From positions 36,352,001 through 36,416,000 of the forward strand of contig CP068257.2 of NCBI GenBank assembly GCA_009914755.4: a stretch of 64,000 nucleotides of DNA. The letters are read 5' to 3'. Both the position numbers and the translations under genes were made by a program. Source of the DNA: the human T2T-CHM13v2.0 reference genome, Homo sapiens. This document shows positions 55,727 to 64,000 of this stretch, piece after piece; position 1 is the stretch's first letter; every line of letters starts with the position of its first letter. Under the pieces are notes generated by a model. It was not told the origin of the DNA and made no database searches. It saw only the letters and a program-made list of their open reading frames with translations.

Positions 55727-56183
55727 AATAATGCCTCCCCGAAGATAGCCATGTCCTAATCCCTGAAATCTGTGAATGTTACCTTGTGGCATAAAAAAAG
55801 GATCTTTACAGATGTAATTAAGAATCTTGAGATGGGCAGAGTCTCCTGGATGACCAAGTGAGTCCTAGTCCTAAGTACAATCACATGTACTCTTTGTAAC
55901 AGGGAGGCAGAGGGAGATTTGGTAACACTCAGAGGAGAAGGTGACTTGAAGGGAGAGCAAAGAGAGGTTGGAAGACTCTGGCCTTGAAGACAAGAGATTA
56001 GAAGATAGCATCCCCACAAGTCAAGGGATGATGGCAGCCACCAAAGGGTTTCCTGTTGACACCTCGATTATAGTCCAGTGATTCTAATTTCTGGCCTCCA
56101 GAACTGTGGGAGAATGAACTGCGATTGCCTGAAGGCAGCAAGTTTGTGGTCATTTGTTATAGCAGCCACAGGACATGAATACA
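55727..56183 (-). mobile_element. MLT1-class MaLR LTR (reverse)
   Basis: 'aataatgcctcccc.aagatagccatgtcctaatccctgaaatctgtgaatgttaccttgtggcataaaaaaaggatctttacagatgtaattaag...ggaggcagagggagatttg...tggcctccagaactgtgggagaatgaa...ttgttatagcagcc'. Confidence 0.55.
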
Positions 56184-57300
56184 GCCCCCATCTGCCACCT
56201 GCATCCATCCTTGGCACTCTGGTGCATGTGCTCCGAGCCAAGTATTACCCACGTGGCTGGCTGCAAGGAGACAGAAAGCAAGGACAGGCTGTGATACCTG
56301 AGCAGGAAGAAGGACAACAGGGAAACAGAAGACCTATTGCACTGATGAGAAGGAGAAGGGAGAGACCTGCCTTTACAGCACAATGTATTAAAATATGACA
56401 CCATGAATTCCAGGTTTCCACACCGTCTCCCTTCAGGGAGAAGGAGCAGAATAGTAACAAGGAATTGAAATCTTGTGTACCAGACGATCCCATCACTGCC
56501 TTTACCACCTCCCATGGACACATTATGGACAAAGGGAGCTTGGGGCACAAATAGTCCTCCTTTCTCAAGCTTTATCTTGTCCTAAATTGATCTCATTATC
56601 TCCCTTGTTCTGTCTCTACCCCTCTCAACTTATGCTGCCTTCCGTGCCCCCACTTTAGTTTATAGCATCATCATCATCTGCCCTATATGTACCCAAGAGA
56701 AGTGGGACCACCCTGACTCCCCTTTTTTCCATCCTGCCCCATATCTCATTAGAAATGTAAGCCCTTTGTATTATCCACTGAACATATTTCATTGATAATT
56801 TTTCCTTTTTCATTCTCATTGTCAGTCCCTAATTGAAGTCCTCTTTCACAGGAGCTTCACCATATCCCAGTCCGATCCCACTACTTCCCTGATGGAAACC
56901 CTTCAGTGGGCTCCTGGCATGTTTCCCAGAAGGTCCCAGATCTCTGGCATCACTCTCTGTGGTTTGAACTTGCTTTCTTTCAAGATTCACCTGTAATTTT
57001 ATTCTGCTTTTCACTATAAACTGTAGACTATAGTTACACTTAAGATGTTACCATTTCCTGACCATGCCACGCGATTTCATGACACCAAGTCTATTCTCCT
57101 TGGCATAATGTACCATGGCTTCCCCAGCAGAACTGGGGGCAATGAAGGAATGAAGCCCTACATCAGTGCTTTCCTTTAAGACTGCAGGGAAGAAACATGG
57201 AGAACAGGCATCCAAAAGGGCAGGTCACCCCGGTGGCCATACGTTGCCCTCAGTAACTTCAGCCCCAGAGTCCCCAGCAAGTCTCAAAATCAACACATTT

Positions 57301-57600
<300 letters not shown>

Positions 57601-60015
57601 TCAACACATTTGCTCCAAGAGGCTCCAGGTGATGGCTTAAACATCTGATTCACCTTATCTTTTTCTTCCAGAATGTATACATTCATCCCTTGTTTAAAGA
57701 AGTTTGGTTTACTTTTTTTCTTTAATCTACCTGAGTTTAGAAGATGCCAGTCTTTGCATTTAGTAATTGTTTTGCAGCAAGTTAAAGAAAGCAACACTTC
57801 CACTCCAAGTCTATACCACCACCTCCTTGTGCTCCTCTTCCCTGAGTGTGAGTTTCTGCAGAGAAGGCCCTCAAATCCCCCACCCCAGCACCAATGCTTA
57901 GTGCTTCCTTCCCTGCTGGAGTGTGTGCAGGTGGGTAAGGACTTTGCTTGATGGTATAGTAGATATCTTAGAACACAGTTCATTCCTCTGTCAAAATGAG
58001 TCTGCTGATATACAGCTGTTGATTAAATACCCAAGCTTTGAATTGCCTAAGCATTTTCCCAGAGGTTTTAGCCTGGAAGTCACTAAGTTGCCTGTGAAAG
58101 TCAAGATTACATTTTCCCCCGATACCAGAAGAAACGAAAGCTCATGAGTTGTTGAGTGCAGCTATGGAGAAATAGAATGTCACCTCTCTGTACAGGTAAA
58201 CTTCTTTAACCTCCTAACATCCCATTGGGCAGAAGTCATGTCTGTCCCCTGAGAAGGGATCAGCTTCTCTCCCACATGGATCACACTTTAGGTCAACTTT
58301 CGGACCCAGGTCTACACTCTTACTTCTTGGAAAGCAGGTTGTTTTATCCAAAGTGTTCTTCATGCGCCGTAGCGACTTCTGCAAGAAAAGTCTATGTACG
58401 TGGTAGGGGCTACAGTCCATCCCACGCATGCCCCATGGAAGAAAACCCTTCTGCATCCTGCTTTTCTGCTGCTGGGTGATTGGAATTCATCACTGGCTGT
58501 CTCCAGTTCAGAGGTGGCCCACAATTGTAGCAGTCCCCGTTAATGGATAATATAGGATGTTTTGCATACTTTGGCCAAATATGGTTGTCATTTTAATGTA
58601 TGAACCGACACAGTCTAAGATTTAGGTCTTTCCTGAACTTCATTCTGGCCCTATCATTTTATGCACATTCTGTAAATGCGGGGGAGGAGACAATGATAAG
58701 GAAAAAGCATGGAACTTCACAACTACAAGCTCTGAAAGGGTCTGCTCTACAGAGGATCATCAGACATTCCTGGTACATATCCTATTTGGATCACACTGTG
58801 CAACCAGTCCTAGGTCAGGTGGCAGAAAGGGTTGCCTGCCCTCTTTATGAGGAGAGGAATCTACTTCTTAACCTGCTTGCTGAACTCTTCAGTGACCTCA
58901 CCTCTGACAGCAAAGTCATGGAGATCTTTCTGGCCAGGTTTGTAAAAGTTAGGTAGCTAGCACGGCAGCTCTGAGAAAACATGAGAGTGTGTCCTGCATC
59001 CACTTTTTGGGCTCTGTAGCAAATTTGGGTGCTGCCTAAGGGAATGAAACAACCTCCCTATGTATAACCTGATCTCTCTAATTGTACCTTAATTTGCTTA
59101 TGCAGAAAATCACTGGAATTAGAGCCACACATCCTGCTCATTCTGACTAGTACTTCATCCAGCCAAGTCCAGTAACTATGGGAAGGGAAAGCAGCTGAGG
59201 GTCACTCTCTTTCGGAAAGGTTTTCATCCGCTTGCAAACCCACCCACACCTCTGCCTTCACTCCTGTAATCAAAGATGCAGATCTTTCTTAGGGCAATTA
59301 GGTCTATTCATCTCCTATTTCTATTTTCAGTGTGCCTCTCCCCGCAACACCCAAACACTCAGGTCAGTTCTTCCACCCATGAAAGCATAATGAATACTTA
59401 CCTACCTGCTCTGGGCACCTCTGGAATTTCAGCAAGCAAGTATTTGATAAGCAAAGCCTAGTTTCCTGTTAATTATACTCAGAAATATGACTCATACAAA
59501 AGAAGCACAAAACTAATTGGAAAAAGAAATAAAATTAGGCCTGAGAAAGTAAGAAAGTGAAATCATGCAATGGTAATGGGAGAAAAAAATATCCATGATG
59601 ATAAGACTGAATTAATAGCTTAGATGAGTGTGTGTCGGGGGAGCAGGGAGGGATGATACACCCAGGAAGTGATCATAGAGGGTGGAGATTTGCACTGACA
59701 TATGAGTCATGACCAAATGGAACAATAAGTTTTGTTTTATGAGATAAAATGTCCAGCCAATTTAGTCCACCATTTAATTGGTTTTACTGATTTTTTTTTC
59801 ATGGAGTTGACTCATGGTTGTCTTCTTCGTTTTCCCTATTAAATTCCTCCTCCCTATTAAATTGTCTGGTTTGCATTAAGATGATAACTGCCCCACTCTT
59901 AAAGATGATTGGAAAACTGGTACAGAGGAGAGAAATCCGTCCTGGAAATAAGACAGAATTTTCTAAAGTAGGATGATGGAGGGCCTTTCTGTACCATAAA
60001 CAAAGAAGGGAAGGA

Positions 60016-60389
<374 letters not shown>

Positions 60390-61171
60390 TTATAAACTGA
60401 TGAGTTTGGGTGCTCCTTGGATTGAAAGATTCCTAAATCAGCTAATCCCTTTCTCCTCAGAATTATGTCTTTCTGTATAGCAGTCTGTCCTCCAAGTTGG
60501 GAAACTGGGAGTTAGGCTACCTGTGTAGTCTTCTGATTTTACTAAGAAACAGAAAATAATGGAACAGGGAACACACAGAGAGGAAGGAACCAGGAAACCA
60601 GTTTTCCCCATCCTGATAGTCACTCTTCTGTTTCCCACAGCTGCTTCCTTCAGCAGTAACGTCTCACCATTGAGTGGCCAGGGTGTCCTCAGAGCCATCT
60701 TGGGTCCCTTGGTGGCCTGAGTGGGTAGGTCATAGTGGGTGTCTACCTAAGCCCAGTAGGGCCAATATTTATTGAATGACTGTTATGTTTCAGGCACATT
60801 GCCTACAGTCCACTAATCCTTAGAGATGAGAAAACAGAAGATGACAAGTTAAGTAATTTTCCCTAAGTTTGGTAAATAAGGAAACCGGGATTTGAGGCTA
60901 TCTGATGCTCAATCCTGCATTATTTCTGCTAACCCAAGCTGTCTGTTTCATCAGGTAACAATTTTTTTTTCAGGAACTCGTTTAGATTTTATGGTTGTAT
61001 TAGGAAATCAAGCCTAGAATAATGCATAGAGTCATGCTATGCTGAGATGTTTATTAGCTTCTATTTTCAGAGAGAGCTAGATTTGCTTTTTCCTGGATCA
61101 ACTTTCTAAGTTCTAAAGCAAATGCCCCAAAGAATATTTCAGGTAGAGCTTAGTTCTCCATCTTGAAAATT

Positions 61172-61282
61172 CATACCACAACCCTTCTTGAGTGCCTGCT
61201 AAGAGCAGTTTCCATGTGAAGTGCTTGGAGATGATTAAAACACATCACTGCCTATGGGGCTCTCAAGGTGAAGTGAAGGGAA
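61172..61282 (-). repeat. inverted partial copy (about 110 bp, about 90% identical) of the palindromic element at 63222-63333
   Basis: 'ataccacaacccttcttgagtgcctgctaagagcagtttccatgtgaagtgcttggagatgattaaaacacatcactgcctatggggctctcaaggtgaagtgaagggaac' equals the reverse complement of 'gttcccttcacttcatcttaagcgtctcataggcagtgatgtgttttaataatctccaagcacttcacatagaaactgctcttagcaggtactcaagaagggttttggtat'. Confidence 0.85.
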
Positions 61283-61996
61283 CTCCTAGAGACCCAGAGA
61301 ACTGTACATAATGAGAAAGTGCAGTGGTGCAGCTGAGCACGGGAGCCTAGAAAGAGCATAATACCTTCAACTGCTATTGATTGAGTGTTACTCTGCTTCT
61401 CTGTCTCTGCTTCTCTGTCTCTGTCTAGCATGCCTAAGTTTGCTATTTCCAAGATCTGGATTTTGGGGTATAATGCCTATCTGCTGTTTTTTTTTTTCTG
61501 TCCCCCTCTCCCCACTCTTTTTTGGCACTACACTGTTTTTCTTCTGAAAAACTGTCCTTCTGCCATACCTGGTTCATGTGACTCTGAAGTGTGGCTTGAT
61601 CCACTTCTTGGCAAGGACTCACATGAGAGGCCTGGCCCATTGGTGTATTCCACATCCCTGTCCAGTGGCTGGTTTGGGAATAGGCATGTGACCCAAGTCA
61701 GACCAGAGCAGAGTAATCTGAGGACATTCAGGGACCTATGGAGAAAGAGATACCCTCTTTATGGCTGCTGAGCAGGTAGGAGGCACAGCTGGATATACAG
61801 AGCTCCCATAGAGGACAGGGTGCCTGGGAAAGAAGCTGATGTAGAAGACAAAATGTGGGCGGGGTCCTGGTGACAACTTTGTGTCCTGGGCCAGGCCATA
61901 TTTAACTAGATGCATGGACTTGTAGATCTGTAATCCCACAAATCTCCAACACGTCCTTTACCCTATCTCACCAGGAAGAGTTTGAGTAACCCTTAA

Positions 61997-62514
<518 letters not shown>

Positions 62515-63094
62515 TTCTAAAAACCTTGGTTTCACCATCAATGGTTATTTGCAGGTCACGTCACTGGTCACTGGTGGCCTTCTCACAGCATAAAACTGTT
62601 AATGAACTGAGACTGTAGACTTGAAAAAAGTGTGAAATGGAAAAACACCAAAACACCTGTCTTCTGTGATGTTTGTATACAACCAATTATTTGCAATAAT
62701 CACAACCGGCTTGAATACAATATAAAAAGAACCTTTCCATTATACTGTTAAAAGTATACAAATGCCTCACTCAAGTCTTTCAATTAATATAAAGTATGAT
62801 TGAGAAATTAAGCTTGTTAACTTTCCACCCCCATTCACCTAACGCAACATATTCAATATCATATATAAGAAACCTAAAACCACACCTAAACATGTAAAAC
62901 TCACCTAAACATTCATGTTCTGGTGCTATTGGCTGTACAAGTATGAGGAGATAGCTTTTAAATAAAAATGGCAACATATATTAAGTATATTTCATGAGGT
63001 AAGAAATTGCATGATTACCTAAGTCCTTTTGATGTAAATTGTACCACATTTTGCCTGCTCTGCCGGTTTAAACAAATCCACAGCCCTGGAAATT

Positions 63095-63366
63095 ACTCTA
63101 GATTTGATTTTTGCGCTTCTATGCAAACTATACCACAACCCATCTTGCAAACTATACCACAATCCTTCTTGAGTACCTGCTCTAGATTTGAACTAGAGCA
63201 GGTTGCTTGGGTCCCTAGGTGTTCCCTTCACTTCATCTTAAGCGTCTCATAGGCAGTGATGTGTTTTAATAATCTCCAAGCACTTCACATAGAAACTGCT
63301 CTTAGCAGGTACTCAAGAAGGGTTTTGGTATAGTTTGCACAGAAGTGCAAAAATCAAATCTAGAGT
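63095..63366. repeat. palindromic element: inverted arms of about 72 bp around a spacer of about 108 bp, with an additional arm-like repeat just after it
   Basis: left arm 'actctagatttgatttttgcgcttctatgcaaactataccacaa[24-bp local duplication]tccttcttgagtacctgct'; right arm 63294-63366 equals the reverse complement 'actctagatttgatttttgcacttctgtgcaaactataccaaaacccttcttgagtacctgct'; an inner 10-bp palindrome 'cctgctctag...ctagagcagg' at 63176-63202; a further arm-like copy at 63390-63430. Confidence 0.85.
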
Positions 63367-64000
63367 TAACTACTCTAGCACCAAATCCAGAGTAGTTAAC
63401 ACTCTTGAATACCTGCTCTAAATTTAAACCTGAGCATGTTTAAAGAAGGTGTCAATCTGAAGAGGTAGGACCAGTCATCACTGTAAGTAATGAAAAGGGA
63501 AGTCAGTGGAGGAACATATATTTCTTCAAATACAAGAACATTCCCTTATGCAAGCTTTCCCTTCCCCAAACTCTATGCAATATTATTTGCCCAGTGGCAG
63601 GAATCATGCTTAAGCCATTAGCATCATAAATTGCTTAGAAAACAAAGTATGGCTTATTTGAAAGATATATGGAGAACTGAGCAAATTAAGTCTGTCCCTG
63701 CTGTTTTATCTTTATTTATTAATGGCAATAATTCTGTCCTAATCGTTTGTATAGCACTTAGTCAATTATGTGGCATCTAAAGCTCTTCAAGTGATTTTAG
63801 TTAATGTCTTCCTTTTTCTCCTGCACAGGCAGATGCAAATTGCTCTGGGGAAAGTTGTAAGGTCAAGGGCAGTTGTGGTTTCTGCTGTTAAGGGAATCTG
63901 TACAGTCACCCCTCTTCCCAAGACAAGAACTTAGAATTGATGAAGTAAGCAATCAACAGATCACAGCAGATATAAGGAAAGTACTTTAAAGAGACGGAAT

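Overview
This window reads as primate, almost certainly human, nuclear genomic DNA from a gene-poor intronic or intergenic region. I found no prokaryotic or phage-like gene system, no operon structure and no protein-coding exon I can defend from sequence alone. I am reporting that negative result rather than inventing a system. The window is dominated by interspersed repeats: at least 14 Alu/FLAM copies with poly-A tails, several bounded by intact 13-16 bp target-site duplications (TSDs); L1 3' ends of several ages; MaLR LTRs; an LTR7-like (HERV-H type) solo LTR; MIR, L2-like and hAT fragments; and many microsatellites. The MaLR content includes one complete ~2.3 kb THE1-class element with both LTRs, a solo THE1/MST LTR and about six MLT1-class LTRs. 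The microsatellites include (TG)n, (CA)n, (TTCC)n of about 270 bp, (GAAA)n, (GAA)n(GGA)n and a compound (TATC)n(TATG)n. Almost every ORF of 60 aa or more in the supplied track lies inside an Alu, an LTR or a microsatellite; the longest, 283 aa at 48653-49504, lies in the non-coding internal region of the THE1 element. The structures most worth a second look are listed first in the findings: two independent Alu insertions into the same target site, a perfect 88-bp palindrome beside a long polypyrimidine tract, a palindromic element near 63.1 kb with an inverted partial copy 2 kb upstream, an LTR7-like solo LTR nested with an Alu inside an MLT1 LTR, an Alu whose tail has become a (GAA)n(GGA)n purine tract, and several young-looking Alus that may be polymorphic. 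Repeat family assignments come from my memory of consensus sequences, not from a database search, and repeat boundaries are approximate to about 10-20 bp.
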